Shown one piece after another: positions 24,344-37,898 of a stretch of DNA of 64,000 nucleotides. A model generated the notes under the pieces. The model was not told where the DNA came from. It was given only the letters and a program-made list of their open reading frames with translations, and searched no databases. The stretch's first letter is position 1; each line of letters starts with the position of its first letter. A program made the translations under genes and the position numbers. Source of the stretch: Gekko japonicus. Lineage: Eukaryota. The stretch is from NCBI RefSeq assembly GCF_001447785.1, contig NW_015175975.1, forward strand, positions 798,142 through 862,141, given 5' to 3'.

Positions 24344-25940
24344 GTTATGAGATATTCTGGAGTGTCTCCCAATTTTTCAAGCATCTTGTTACAATCATAA
24401 GAGCTATAAAGGTCTTCCCCTCCCCCCCCATTAAAAGAAGCTACCTTGCACATTTTCTGAGGGACTGCAGCACCCTCAATCCCTTATACATTCACACAGA
24501 AGCAGATACAAGGCAGCTTCTCATTCAACTGCAAGGTGTTCACTCGTCATAAAATGTTTTAAGAGTGATAGCTCTCAAAGCTCAAAAGACCAACCTAATG
24601 AGTATCACAGGAAGGCTTTTCAACTTCAGCTACAATCTCCAGGAAAACTGTTACAAGAAATTATAAACAACGAATACAGCTTCAAGGAGCTTTGTTCTAA
24701 AGCTTGCCTAACTAGGCTGAACATTTAGGAGGTAGCCATGAAGCCAACAATGGGCGCATCTTCAACATAATTTTTTGCAGGCCCTCCTAGAGCTCAAGGG
24801 CCCACTGGAAATTTAATATCAGCAGAAGCTAAATTGCCTTTGCATGCAACACACCCTGCATTGCCCTCCTTTCCAACTGTACAGCCAAAGCTCTTCAAAG
24901 CTCATAGCCGAAAGACTGAGCCTGGACGCAGCCCACAGTTTGCAGCACGTCTTTGCTATTCAAGGAAAATTCCGCAGACCTTGTTGGCAAGAGGCCTCCA
25001 CTGTTTCTATTCCCCCTTGCTCCATCTTTTTTCCTACTCTGGGAAAGGTGCCAGAGAAGCACAAGAAAAGATGGGGGCAGGCCTCTCTGGCAACACGCTG
25101 GAATGCCCTGCTGTGCAAAGTTCCTTCCCAGACTCTGTTACGGTTACCAGAGCAAAAGGGAGAAGGAAACAGGAGAGGAAAGAGCTTCATCTGCAAATCT
25201 CAAGGCGGGAAGGAAGCAAGAGCTTCTCCTGCATGCACAGCTAAATCCCAAGCCAAAAATCAGAGCTAAATGGAGTTGACACACAGGAAGGTTCCAAGCC
25301 CTTGGCAGCCCACAAAGCCCGCAGGATCAGTGCCTCCATGGTAAACGGACTGGAGGGCCTTTCAGCTGCTCAGCCCATTTTGTTATGAGTTTTGGTTCCA
25401 GACCACAGGGGGGAAACTAGGTCACAAATCAAGCCCTCAGTCATTTCTGTAGTCTTGAAAAAAAGGGCTGCAGCATGAGAAGGAGAAACAGTCCAGGCTA
25501 ACACTTCTCAAAATAGTCCTTACACTTCTCAAAACAGTCCTTTCTTGCCTTTTCTCCCTTGCAAGTACATTGCAGCAGTAAAAAAACCCAACACAACCCC
25601 ACATGCTGGGTCTTTTTAAAAAATGCATTCAGTTGGTAACTTCACATTTCACAGACTTTTACAGAAGAAAACCAAAGTGTAGAACCACAGCCCAGAGCAG
25701 AGATTTTCTCAAGGTACTGCTCCGAGTTTGCCCTGGGATAACCTCCAAGAAAAAAGCTACAGAAGGTTCTTCTAGATCTAGGCAGAAGCCAGCTCTGTTT
25801 AGGACTGGGATCTACAGATGGGCTGCTGCTTCAGACAGGATTCCTGTTGCAATTAATTTACCAGAACAGTGCTCTGTCTTACTGGCCATATCCAGGATGC
25901 TATACAGGAAAAAGTCAAAAACACCAAAACACTGTCTTAC

Positions 25941-26013
25941 GCAAAACGTAAATGAAGCTGTTTTTGTCGACCATAATCCATATTCCGAAGCCCAAAATCA
26001 CAGCACCCAAGAT
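25941..26013 (-). CDS. CD82: CD82 coding exon 2 (73 nt; ILGAVILGFGIWIMVDKNSFIYVL+1 nt), end of TM1 and small loop
   Basis: Polypyrimidine acceptor ttttgttttccAG, donor GTAAGA; phase 0 in, phase 1 out, in frame with neighbours. Confidence 0.95.
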
Positions 26014-26197
26014 CTGGAAAACAAAAGACAAAATGGGTAATAAAGAGAAAATACAATAGATCAGAGGCTCATCCCGTTTTCACCCTTTTGCCCAAAATAT
26101 TTCTACACACGCCCAGAGCCAGGCAGAGGCACACAGTGAACATCTTACTTGGCTGTGAGAGGACAAGCCTAAAGACAGACAGGTAGATACATTAGAG

Positions 26198-27337
26198 CAG
26201 CGGTGTCAAACATAAGGCCCGGGGGGGGGGGGCTGGAACAGGCCCATCCAGGGCTCTTATGCGGCCCGCAAGCAACTAGTAGTGCAAGGGAGGGAACAGG
26301 AGGCTGCTTAGGGGGAGTGGGCCAATTGTGGCTTCAGCATGGCGGAACAACCTCATCTGCAGCAGTCAAGCAGCATGGGCTCAACTGCCCAGTGCTGCAC
26401 TGCTGGCTCTCCAGTCTGCCCATATGGATTTTCTTTTGTACCCCCCACCCAGCCCATGAGGCCTTGCAGTGAGAATACACCAACTCAGAGTTTACCAGCT
26501 TTATACAGTTTATATGACAGCAGCTCATGTGAAATGGATCTAGGTGTTCTGGTTGATCACAAGCTAAACATGAGCCTGCAGTGCGATGTGGCTGTGAAGA
26601 AAGCTAATGCAATCTCAGGATGCATTAACAGAAGCATTGTGTCCAGACCACGGGAGGTGGTAGTTCCGCTCTATTCTGCTATGGTCCGGCCTCAGCTGGA
26701 GTACTGTGTCCAGTTTTGGGCACCACATTTTAGGAAGGATGTTGACAAGCTAGAGTGTGTCCAGAAGAGGGCAACCAGGATGGTGAGAGGGTTGGAATCC
26801 AAGCCTTATGACGAAAAGCTGAAAGAATTGGGTATGTTTAGCCTGGGAAAAAGAAGACTTAGAGGGAACAGGATTGCAGCCTTCAAGTATTTGAAGGACT
26901 GTCATGTAGAAGACGGAGCAGATCTATTCTCTCTTGCTCCGGATTGCAAGACTAGATCTAATGGGTGGAAATTACAAGGGAGTCATTACCAGCTAAATAT
27001 CAGGAGAAACTTCCTAACTGTAAGAGTGGTTGAGCCGTGGAACAGTCTGCCTCAGGAAGTGGTGGATGCTCCTTCGCTGGACGTTTTCAAGCGGAGGCTG
27101 GATGACCATCTTTCAGGTATGTTGTAGGTATGTATGGGCTGTCTTTCGGCTATGCTCCTGCAGAGTGCAGGGGGTTGGACTAGATGACCTGCAAGGTCCC
27201 TTCCAACTCTAACATTCTATGATTCTATGATTATCTCCGGTACCTGGCATTGCATTTCATGGCATACATGGCCCGGCCTGACAAAGTGACATTTATGTCA
27301 GATGCAGCCCTCGTAACAAATGAGTTCGACACCCCTG
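26198..27337 (+). mobile_element. Charlie-type hAT non-autonomous element with a nested CR1
   Basis: TIRs CAGCGGTGTCAAAC / GTTCGACACCCCTG; perfect TSD cattagag. Confidence 0.88.
26515..27232 (+). mobile_element. CR1 3' fragment of a second subfamily, with an open RT C-terminal frame
   Basis: DLGVLVD..LNMS.QC..RPQLEYCVQFWAP..WNSLP; (ATTCTATG)n tail. Confidence 0.93.
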
Positions 27338-29034
27338 CATTAGAGATTTTAAAATGAAGAATTTTGTTTAATTTTCATGCTAGTTCAACTCCAGAAAAAG
27401 TCACTACTGAAGAATGTGGTTTCTAAGAGGTGCCAGAAATACCTTTGGAAGATTACAGGCAGAGTATGAAGGTGGCATCATCTCCAGCATTTGGTATAAA
27501 GAGATGTACTGCCTCTGTACATAGAGACTCAAATTAGTTACAACGGCTTATCAATTCCATCCACCTCTTATTTTTCCCTCCAAACTTCTTGATGCATGAG
27601 CTACCACTTTCTTTTCATACTGACCAGTTCAATCCTCACCAAAGTTTCCCTAACAATGATGCTGGTTAGTAAAACAAAGAGCTGAGCCCACTACACAACC
27701 ACAAACACACACTATGAACGATGGCTCAGTTCCTTTGCCCTACCGTAATCCTGGTACTTTTTGAGGCTATAGATAAAATTTACAGTTCTTCCAAGGATTT
27801 GGTTTGTAAAGGTCTTGCAAGGATGGAGCACCTATACCAGCAATATGCAAGAGTCCTCTAGACAAAGACACCAAGTACACTTAACACAGCAGCTCAAGTC
27901 TCTTAGTTTCTTTAGGGCACTCAGTTATCATGAGCCAAAAATGTGGGAAGAGAGTGGAACATACAGCTGCAATTCTATATTTGCTTACTTTCCAGGTATG
28001 CCCCAGTGAAATCAGAGGGACTTACTTCCAAGCAAGCATCTGTTGGATTGCTTAAAAAGTCATTTAGTTAAAACACTTTTGCAAACAAGTAGCTATGAGC
28101 TGGCCATTTAAAGCAGGAAGTTATGTCAATTCTTAAAAGGATGCTTCAGAAGACTGGGGGGGGGGGGCACAGAGTTCTCACCAAGGTAGAAACCTTGTGC
28201 CTGGGCTGCACTACATCAGGCTGGGGATAGAATGCTTGCATCATTCTCTAAGCACCTTGTGGAAGCCAAGCCTCTCTAAGGACTTCTCTGCCAAGTTCTA
28301 CAGCTAGAGTTTCCCCCTCAATTACAAGAGAAAAACTGCCCTATTCAGGAGCTTTGTCCAACAGTTTCCCTCTCTCATCTCCTATTTAGGAGCAGAGCCA
28401 GAAATATACAGAGTGGGATCTCATATACTGGACTTGTTAGAAGGCTTTTTGTTGTTGTTCAGTCACACAGTCAAGTTCGACTCTTCGCAAGCCCATGGAC
28501 CACATCACGCCACGCCCTCCTGTCTTCCGCCATCCTCCAGAGTTTGCTCTAAAGAGCAACAAAACCCTAACTAGGGTGATCCCTTGAACTCTATACATCA
28601 CCCAATCCCATGAAACATTTCTTGGAAGTCAGAATGGCAAGACAAGTCCTGGTGGGTGCCAAAAAATCACAGTAGTCCAGGGGAAGCAAGACAGACATGA
28701 TAAAGAAGCAGTAAAAGGAAGTCTGGATAGCTTAGAACTCTCCATAGTTGCCGTTCCCAAGACAGCAGAATTCTGGGGGAGAAATTCTTCAGTTCAGTCT
28801 TCCTCTAAAAATCCGGGTATGATGAGGCAAACTTGACCATAATGTTGCTGACATTTGAGAAGTGAGCCTGAGGCATAAGCAAAGTTGCAATGCTGCTGAC
28901 AAAAGCCAGAACTCCTTCTGAGCTGCATTCCTGGAGGGCTATTTGTTGCCAAGAAAGACAGCTAACTCCTCTGCATTCAACACTGCCGTAACAGAGAATA
29001 TTCCACATTTGTGTGTAACTACTTTAAAGAAAAA

Positions 29035-29250
29035 GCACATGAAGTTGCCTTATCATGAATCAGATCACTGGTCCATCAAGGTCAGTATTATCTACTCTGA
29101 CCGGCAGCAGCTCTCTAGGGGTTCAGCTAGGAGACTTTCACATCACCTACTACCTCATCTTTTAAATCTGAAATCCCTGGAAAAGCCAGGGGATAAGCAC
29201 AAAACCTTCTGCATGCCAAGCAGATGCTTTACCATTAAGCCACAGCCCCT
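29035..29250 (-). mobile_element. tRNA-derived SINE with CR1-like 3' end (Squam2/Anolis SINE2-like)
   Basis: Minus-strand head ggggctgtggctt..tggtaaagcatctgcttggcatgcagaagg; related copies at 37060-37226 and 55710-55866. Confidence 0.7.
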
Positions 29251-29528
29251 GCCCAGAGAGAAGAGGAATAAGCAGGTAATTTACATGAAATACCTTTAGA
29301 AATACTTCAATTTACACTAAATACCAAGACACTCTAGTTTTTCTGTTGGTAGATTCAGCACTGGATCAAGGAATTTTAGTCAGTCCATGCTTTCCCCCTG
29401 TCCAAGACTGTCAACTTAAACTTGTGAAATCGTACCAAGGCATCCATACATCTGAGCCAGTTAATTAAAAGGGAAGGATGAAAGAAGGGTACCCAAGTTT
29501 AACTTGAGGCTAAAAAGCTGAATTGATA

Positions 29529-30349
29529 CAGAGACTGATCAAGAGAGAGATCTTGGAGTTGTAGTAGATAACTCACTGAAAATGTCAGTGACAGTGTGTG
29601 ACTGCAATAAAGAAGGCCAATGCTATGCTGGGGATTATTAGGAAGGGTATTGAAAACAGATCAGCCAGTATCATAATGCCCCTATATAAATCAATGGTGA
29701 GACCTCATTTGGAATACTGTGTGCAGTTCTGGTCACCACACCTTTGGAAAAAGTGCAGAAAAGGGCAACTCGAATGATAAAAGGGTTGGAACACTTTCCC
29801 TATGAGGAAAGGTTAAAGCGCTTAGGGCTCTTTAGCTTGGAGAAAAGACGACTGAGGGGTGACATGATCGAGGTTTATAAGATTATGCATGGGAAAGAGC
29901 AGGTAAAGAAAGAGGTACTTTTCTCCCTTTCTCACAATACAAGAACCCGTGGGCACTCCATGAAATTGCTGAGCGGTCGGGTTAGAACGGATAAAAGGAA
30001 GTACTTATTCACCCAAAGAGTGATTAACACATGGAATTCACTGCCACAGGAAGTGGTGGGTGCTACAAGCATGGACGGCTTCAAAAGGGAATTAGATAAG
30101 CATATGGAGCAGAGGTCCATCAGTGGCTATTAGCCACAAGGTATAGCTAGGGGCTCTGGGGCAAGTGATGCTCTGTCTTCTTGGTGCTTGGGGGGGGGAA
30201 CAGTGGGAGGGCTTCTAATGTCCTGGCCCCACTGCTGGACCTCCTGATGGCACTGGTATTTCTGGCCACTGTGTGACACAGAGTGTTGGACTGGATGGGC
30301 CTTTGGCCTGATCCAACATTGGCGTCTCTTATGTTCTTATGTTCTTATG
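29529..30349 (+). mobile_element. CR1 3' fragment, young
   Basis: [15 protein letters not shown]...WNSLPQEVV; (TTCTTATG)n tail; very similar to 12224-13573 and 40319-41316. Confidence 0.95.
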
Positions 30350-30559
30350 TACATGGCAAATTCAGTAGAAATACAATATATTGACAAAAAACAAAATACT
30401 GGCTCATATTTGACATCAGCTTAGACCCACCACCGAAAGAAGATAAGAAGTTTGTGTTTGTATGGGAATTCCACCCCTCCCCCCAAATAAAAACCCACTA
30501 CAGAACCAAAACAGTGATATATCTAGCACCATGATGCAGTCTACAGCAATGTTCCATGA

Positions 30560-31870
30560 ACTACTGTCCGGACCGAAGATCCAGGGGTAATTTCCTGCGG
30601 GAGCACACAGGAGCGGAGCTCCGGCAGTAAGGAGCCCAGAGGGTGGGCACGTGCAACAAGCCCTGCCCCCTGCTCCCAGCAGCCCTCAGTTGGGCCCAGG
30701 CCCATAGCTAGGACTTTTCTAGTGGGAGGCCCTGGGGAAAGTGGGGCGGCCGGAGGGTGTGCGTGCACGCGCAAAGCGCACACATACCCCACACACATAC
30801 CTGCAGGGGGGCCTAGATCCCCTGCGCACACGGCACCGCCCGCACCCCTGGAGGCCACAAAGGCGCCCTGCCTGCCACTCTCTCTCCCCGCCGGCACACT
30901 TTTCAGTTCCACGCAGTCTGGCGAAGGAAACGGACTTGAACTTCCCAGCTCCGGAGATGGCTGGCCGCCCGCCCGCAGGCCGCATTCCTCCCTCCCTGGG
31001 GCTGGTCAGCCCAAGAGGGCGGGGCTCTCCTCTCCCTGGCTCCTGGCCAGGGCCCGGTGGGGTGGAGGTGGGTTGGTGGGGGAGCCAGGTGGCCAGTGGG
31101 AGTCGCTCTGAAGCCAGCCCGGGGGGGCGGGGAAGGCAGAGGAGGCGGGTGGCCTTTCCCGACTGTGCCTGTAGATGGCGCCCCGCAGTTTGGTTTCCGT
31201 GCCACGGCCGCGGCCAGACCCGGAGGGAAAAGTTTCAGGTGCGCCGGATCTTAACTTCGCCTCACAACTCGTGGCGGCCCCTTTCGCAACCCCCAAGACA
31301 CCTCGTCAGACACACTCACCGGTGGGGACGGTGGGGGGAGGGGGGAGCAGGCCCGGAGATTTAAATTCTCCCGCTTCTCCCCTCCAGACCTCGGGGGCTC
31401 CGGAACAAAACTGGGGCGTCCCTTGAGGCCACGAGCGCTGCCTGGAGACTCCGCTGGCCGGCAGACTCAGAGTGTGGCGCTCAACCTGCCTTCCTCTCCC
31501 CCTCCAAGACACACATTGCTCCATGCTTCATTGAAACCAGAACCCGCCTGGGCACGGCGAGGAAGGGGGGGAGGAGAAGGGGGGAGGCCGCCGCACCCGG
31601 CCTCAAGCCCCCTGATGCCGTCTCGGCCTCCAGCGCCGCTGCTGCCAGTCTCTCGTCATCTTCGGCCGGGGGGAGGGGGAGCAGAGGATCGGGGAGGGGG
31701 GCCCACAATACCCACGGGAAGGTCGGGCCTCGTGGGCCCCATGCGAGCTACGGGCCTGGGCCACGAGGAGCAAGAAGCATCCAGATAAGTTGCAGAGCCC
31801 CACCCCCCCAGCCCGCCTTCAGGTACAAGGTCTCCCTCCTCTGTGAGGGCAGATCTGCGCGTTCCCCCCC
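30560..31870. promoter_or_regulatory. CpG island inside the first coding intron of CD82; candidate alternative promoter/first exon (minus-strand donor at 31319)
   Basis: About 1.3 kb GC-rich, CpG-dense, non-repetitive stretch in a CpG-depleted background; GC boxes; CCG|GTGAGT donor on the minus strand. Confidence 0.75.
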
Positions 31871-32429
31871 CCCAATAGCTAGCAATCCAAAACAGTCCAG
31901 TGGAGCCTGAGCAGTGAGTGTTGCCTTCTGACACACTTCCAGTGATGTCAGGGGGTGTGGCATATGCGAATAAGTTATGCTAATGAGCTCCAGCACCTCT
32001 TTTTCTACAAAATGACCCCTGCGAAGATCAATACCCCTTTTGTAACTATAAACAATTACATTGGCCTTCTTAGCTATAGCATGGCATTTAAAGCAAATGC
32101 CTCCAGTAGCAATTTTTCCCTCTTGAGGTGGGCAAGTAAAAGCCCTCTGTTAAAAGGTGGCTAAATACTTCTAAACATTGTATTTCCTTCAAAGTCACAA
32201 CAACAGAGACACAGCACTGTTCAAACATGGGCATGTATTAGAACTATTATTAGGGCTCCTGAATATTGGGTTGGTTGAGAGGGCCAGGGAGGATGCAGAC
32301 TAATAAAACAATCGTGAGATCCTTCCTAAAGAAAGCATCCCTAGGCTCAAATGTTACAAATTGTTAGTACTCTGTGGCCAGAATTCACTTCTTGGGTAAG
32401 CTGGAAAGTGAGTGGTGGCTACATAGCTT

Positions 32430-33760
32430 CAGGTTGTTTTGGCAAAGCTGAATTCTTTAGACCTATTTTAATGATTCGAGCCTGGGTTTTGGACAGGCAC
32501 AACTTTGCCAGGAGTGAAAGGGAAGCAAGACCTTATTGATTTTTCTGAACTTCTTGGCAGTTTTCAACATCATTGACCACAGGAACCTTTTAGAAAGTCT
32601 AACTGGATTGGGAGCAGGAGCAGTAATGTGCTTCAGTGGTTCTACTCTTACTTGGCCAGTCAAATTCAAGTGCTAGTGCTGGGGGGCTGCTGCTTGACTG
32701 TAGCATTTATACTGTACGGTACTACAAGGGCCCACTTTGTTCACTGTGCCATTTAGTACTGACATAAAATTAGGAAAGTTCACCAAAGGATTTGGAGTGA
32801 GGTGCCACCAATCTACTGGCAACACACAGCTCCATTTCTCCTAACACCCAACTCAGGTGAGTCTGCAGAAATCCTGCACAAATGTTTGGAGAAGGTAATG
32901 AGATGGATGATGGTTAATAAATTGAAGCTCAGCTGAGATGAGACTGAGGTCCTGTTGGTCAATGACAAAGCCTCTTGAGGACTTAGAAGTCAATCTATCC
33001 TAAAGGGTTACATTCTCCCTGAAGAACAGTTCTATAGATTGTGGGTGCTGATGGATTCTGGTCAATGGTTAGAAGCTCAGATCTCCTATTGTGTCATGTT
33101 GCACTATTTGTCAGGTTCAGCCATTCCTCGACAAGTACAAACTGGCCATAGTTATTGCACCTGAATGTGACTGCAGCATGGATTGTTCAGATATGCTTCT
33201 CATGGGGCTGCTTTTGAGACATGTCCAGAAACATCAGTTGGTCCAAAATATAGTAGCCAGGCTATTGATGGGGGCTTGATGCAGGGCTTGCATCATCCTT
33301 TAGCTGAAAGATCGGCATTGGAAACCCATTTGTTTCTAGGTACAATTCAAAGGGCTGATTCTTACTTTCAAGTATCCTCCCCAAACCATTTAGGACCTTA
33401 GAAGGACTGCCTCTTTCACCAGTTAAGATCTTCTGCTCATGCTGTAGAGGTGAGCCAGGTGGCAAAGTTTCTTTTTCAGGGGTAGAACATGCCCCCCCTC
33501 CTTGTGAATCATCTGGCACCCACTTTACTGTCTTAGGCACCAGGCCAAAAGACTTTTCTTTACCCAGACTTTTAATTGACAGGTTTCCTATTCATTATGG
33601 ACTGCTCCCAGTTTGAAAACTGTTTGCATCCATAATGGGCTCTTTGCTTGTTTTACTATTGATTTCTATACTTGATTTCTGTGATTTTATTGTTGTATTG
33701 TGTTAACCTTGCAAGCTGTCTCAAGCATGTCTCTAGAAAGACAGCATAAGATGGATTTAA
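32430..33760 (+). mobile_element. Old, heavily degenerate L2 fragment
   Basis: Remnants of LLDLSAAF.TIDH, W...NKLKL...KTEVL, QLVQN..ARLL; L2-type 3' end near 33700-33760. Confidence 0.75.
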
Positions 33761-35918
33761 AAAAACAAACAAAGAGGGATCCAAAAGGCTTTAAAAATAT
33801 TATCATTTCCACTGAAGTACAGAACAGTTGCAATGACTTCTCTTGCATGAGAAAGAAGATTCATATCTCTTCTCAGTGACAGAACACAGAAAATGCAAAG
33901 GATACCTTGGGGGTACATGCATAGTGTTTTATACTCACCACTGAGCTATGCAATTGTTTAGAAATTAAGCACCTAGTATATTGCAGGAGACTTTGAAAGA
34001 AACATGTAGGAGTTCACAGCATGCCAACTTGCTCATCAGAAAGACAGCAAATCAGAAGCTTAAAAACTTCTTGTCGTTTGAGAAAAAGCTGGAATACCAA
34101 CATTCTGCATACCAGATTATGTGAAGCAATAGGTATTTGGTCTGATCCTCAAGTAAGACATCATAATTTATGCCATCAGCAGTAATGCAGAGTTTCACTG
34201 GCCCAAGGCTGACCTACAAAGCTGTCTTCAGAAGCACAGTGATCCAGACAAACATGAAAAGCAATGTAGTCCAAAAAGCAGTCAATATAGCTCATCTGCC
34301 TCACATGGACTGTAGACAAGGCGTGGCCACTGCAAAGTTGATACTAGACAGGAGAAGAATAGCAAGACTATATAGTTCAGTCGGCTTTTCTTGTTCAAGG
34401 CGCTGGAATTAGAAGTTCTAGGATTAGAGTTTAATAGACAGGCTTATCAACTGAAGTATCATAGGTAAGAAAAAAAGATCAAAAGATAGTAACATCTCAT
34501 CAGGAAGCCTGATCTAAGTATCTTACACCTGACAGCCACCATGTAGCACCTGCTTCTCATGTAAGCAGTTTACATGGACTACAGTCTAACTTTATTCCAT
34601 CATAGTACCTATGTTCAAAAAGGCATTTTTTCACAAGTATGGAGAGTCATTTCAGAAGACCAACTTAATATGGGGTAAGACACTTTCCCATGAACAACTT
34701 ATTATAAAATCACTATGTTTTATGCTAAGTAGAATTACTTGCCAAGCCTGTCACTGTAGTGTGCTGATCTGGGTTCCCAGTGTGCTATATGCCATGAAGC
34801 TATAAAAGAAACCAGTTTTTTTCCCCCATGGGGCAAGTGTCAGTGCAGAAGAAACTCAGGGGAGTGGAAGGAGAAGAGTGCCTAGAAACCAGCTGCTTTC
34901 TGTCACCTGTGGCCTAGCCAGGGGAAGTCCAGCAAAGCCTTTATCAGAAACAATTCTTCAAAGAGAATGCCAACAGCCTCCCCTCCCCCAGTCTTCCCCT
35001 ACACTGTTTGCTTCTCTCTTCAGCAAAGCATCTCCCTCAAGAGACTTTCCACTTCTCTGTGCAGAATGTGGGAAAATACTTTTCTGTTTGGATCTGAGCT
35101 TATTCAGCCAAACAGCTTGGATCCACCTCCTGTCAGCTCAGAAGCATACCAACAACACTCCAAAATAACATACTTGGCTTGACTGGCTAAAAAGAGGGAA
35201 GGGGATACATGCAAGGACTGAAGCAGACAAGGACTGAAAAATCTCCACCGATTTCTTAAAGGACTGTGGCAATGAGAAGATGAGCACAGTTACTACAGGG
35301 CAAAGCATTCCCCACAGGCTATTATAAGGTATCCTGTGTCTTCCATCACCACACTCAGATGAAGTTTCCTTTGGACCCTCTCGTTCTTTGTTGGGAATGC
35401 AAGCTCATGGTCTCTATGGGCAACTCTTTCACAGAAGACAGAGCCAGACCAATTCACCTGACATTCGACCCACTCCCTGTACCACTTCACATTGTATGCA
35501 GCAGGCAAGGGTGCTGTACTTATACCAGTACATATCTGACAAGACACAGTAGAGCATAACACAGAAGTATGTATGCCATACAAATTCTACCTTTTCCTAA
35601 TACCACCTCTCCTTTAGGGGTCTAGCATGAGTCTTCAAGGGTATGTTTTGTAGAGAAGAATAAAAACATTACATCTGTGGCTGCTCCCCATGAACATTCT
35701 TCAGGACTCTAGCCTTCTAGTCTACTAGGTACTGGAGACCGCCATGATGAATGTCGGAGTCCAGTGCCTGAGTCATTCTGAATTTTTTTCTTAACCACCT
35801 ATATTAGTACCAATAGAATCAGTGTTGACTTGAAATGGGCCAAGAGGGACTGGCAGAATATTAGCATTGCAGGTTGCAGCTGTGATCATAAGCTAGGCGA
35901 ACGGCCAGTTTAATGAAC

Positions 35919-36176
35919 AGGAGTGAGCTCCCATCTCTAGTTCCAGCTCCTGCCAACCTAGCAGTTCGAAAGCAAGAAATTGCAAGTATATAAATAGGTA
36001 CCACTTCGGTGGGAAGGTAACAGCGTTCTGTGCGCCTTGGTGTTTAGTCATGCCGACCACGACCACGGAAATGTCTTCGGACAGCGCTGGCTCTTCGGCT
36101 TTGAAACGGAGATGAGCACTGCAACCCTAGAGTCGGATTCGACTGGCTTTCGAGCAAGGGAACCTTTACCTTTACC
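35919..36176 (+). mobile_element. Sauria SINE, 5'-truncated
   Basis: Near-identical to 19391-19622; aacctttacctttacc tail. Confidence 0.9.
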
Positions 36177-36397
36177 CAGTATGAAGAGGCCCAGTTCCTG
36201 ATGAAGAATATGAAGATAACAGGTTGGTGCCCAATTTCCCAGGCTTCAGATAAATCAGTGATTATTGCTTTTTATCCACCTGTTTTTAGCCTGTCTAATT
36301 AAAGAAATTAAGCTTGCAGCATCTATGTAGCAGCTGGGACAGCAGAGGAGGTTATGACTGAAGGGGAAAGCAGGAGTGAGGTCCATGGTTGGCAAAA

Positions 36398-36670
36398 AAG
36401 AAGAAGAAGAGATATTGGATTTATACCCCACCCTTCACTTGGAGTCTCAGAGCAGCTTACAATCTCTTTTCCCTTCCTCTCCCCACAACAGACATCCTGT
36501 GAGGTAGGTGGGGTTGAGAAAGCTCTGAGAGAACTGCTGTTGAGAGAACAGCTCTGAGAGAGCTGTGACTGTGCCAAGGTCACTCTAGCAGCTGCATGTG
36601 AAAGAGTGGGGAATCAAACCCGATTCTCCCAGATTAGAGTCCGCGCTCTTAACTGCCACACCAAACTGGC
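36398..36670 (-). mobile_element. Squam3-like SINE, young subfamily with (CTT)n tail
   Basis: gccagtttggtgtggcagttaagagcgcggactctaatctggg head on the minus strand; (AAG)n at the left end. Confidence 0.88.
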
Positions 36671-37059
36671 CTTAGGTTCTGCTGGACTGATGAGTACAGC
36701 AGGTTTTGCTGGGTTAATGAATAAAGTAAATTACCATGCACAAACTCAGGTAGTGGAAGAAGCAATACTTATCTTCCCAATAGTTCATGTAACATTTGAG
36801 TATAACATTTGGTATAACATTTGGTATAACTGTTCCAGCACAGCACTGGTTGATTTGGTATAACTGTGAGACTAAGGTAGGTACATTTGACCTAGGACTG
36901 TGCATAACATGCCAGAATTAAGCTATGAACTGGGATCTATGGTCCAATTATGGCTTGGATTCTATACATTTCCCCCCCACTTCATCTGTTATGGAGGCAG
37001 GAGGCAGTCTTCTGCTGTGGAGCACATTCTTCTTGCACTAGGCACTGTTCAGGCCCTTG

Positions 37060-37226
37060 AAAGACACTGGTCTTGTGTCTACTCTGATTAGCAGTAGCTC
37101 TCCAGGTCTTGTGTAGAGGTATTTCACATCATCTACTACCTGATCTTTAAAACTGGAGATGCCATGGATTAAACCTGGCACTTCATACATGCAAAGCAGC
37201 TGCTGTACCACTGAGTCAAGGCCCTG
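37060..37226 (-). mobile_element. tRNA-derived SINE fragment (Squam2-like)
   Basis: Matches 29035-29250. Confidence 0.65.
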
Positions 37227-37655
37227 CACCATTAAGCATAGCTTTCAGTTAAACTGCCTAGCTTCCTCTTTAGGCTGAAGGAGGGGACAGATGGGAACTT
37301 CATCTCCAACAAGGATTTGATGCCTTAGCCCTACCTAGTGCCATTGTTGCAGCAGTTCTTTAAGATTTTTCCATTATATGCTAAAGCCATTCATGACCTT
37401 TGGTCCCTGGCAGCATTAATTGGAACACTGATTATTCAGACATGGAAGCAAAACAAACAGAAGGGGGGAAAAACAGTGCTGAGAGCAAATTGAAAACCAG
37501 CTCCAGGTATGTCCCAGATGCACCATCTAGGCCAGCTTTTCTGCATGCACTCTTACAGTATTACATATTACATGATGGAAAGGTAGTGAAGGATAAGGAA
37601 ACCATAAATTCACAATTTTGTAAAACAAAGTCTCTTATTTAGTGATGTAGACAAA

Positions 37656-37898
37656 GTGGAGTTGATTTTATACCCTGCCTTTCACTACCCTAAGGAGTCT
37701 CAGAGTGGCTTACAATCACCTTCCCTTCCTCTCCCCACAACAGACATCCTGTGAGGTAGGTGGGGCCGAGAGAGCTCTGAGAGAGCAGTGACTGACCCAA
37801 GGTCACCCAGCTGGCTTAATGTGGAAGAGTGGGGAATCAAACCCAGTTCTCTAGATTAGAGTCCGCTGCTCTTAATCACTACACTAAACTGGCCCTCT
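37656..37898 (-). mobile_element. Squam3-like SINE
   Basis: Matches 36398-36670. Confidence 0.85.

Noticed and set aside
30541-31996. Many overlapping Pro/Gly/Arg-rich ORFs up to 207 aa
   Set aside because: Expected from stop-codon scarcity in a CpG island; no recognisable domain, and none joins CD82 in frame via the 31320 donor.
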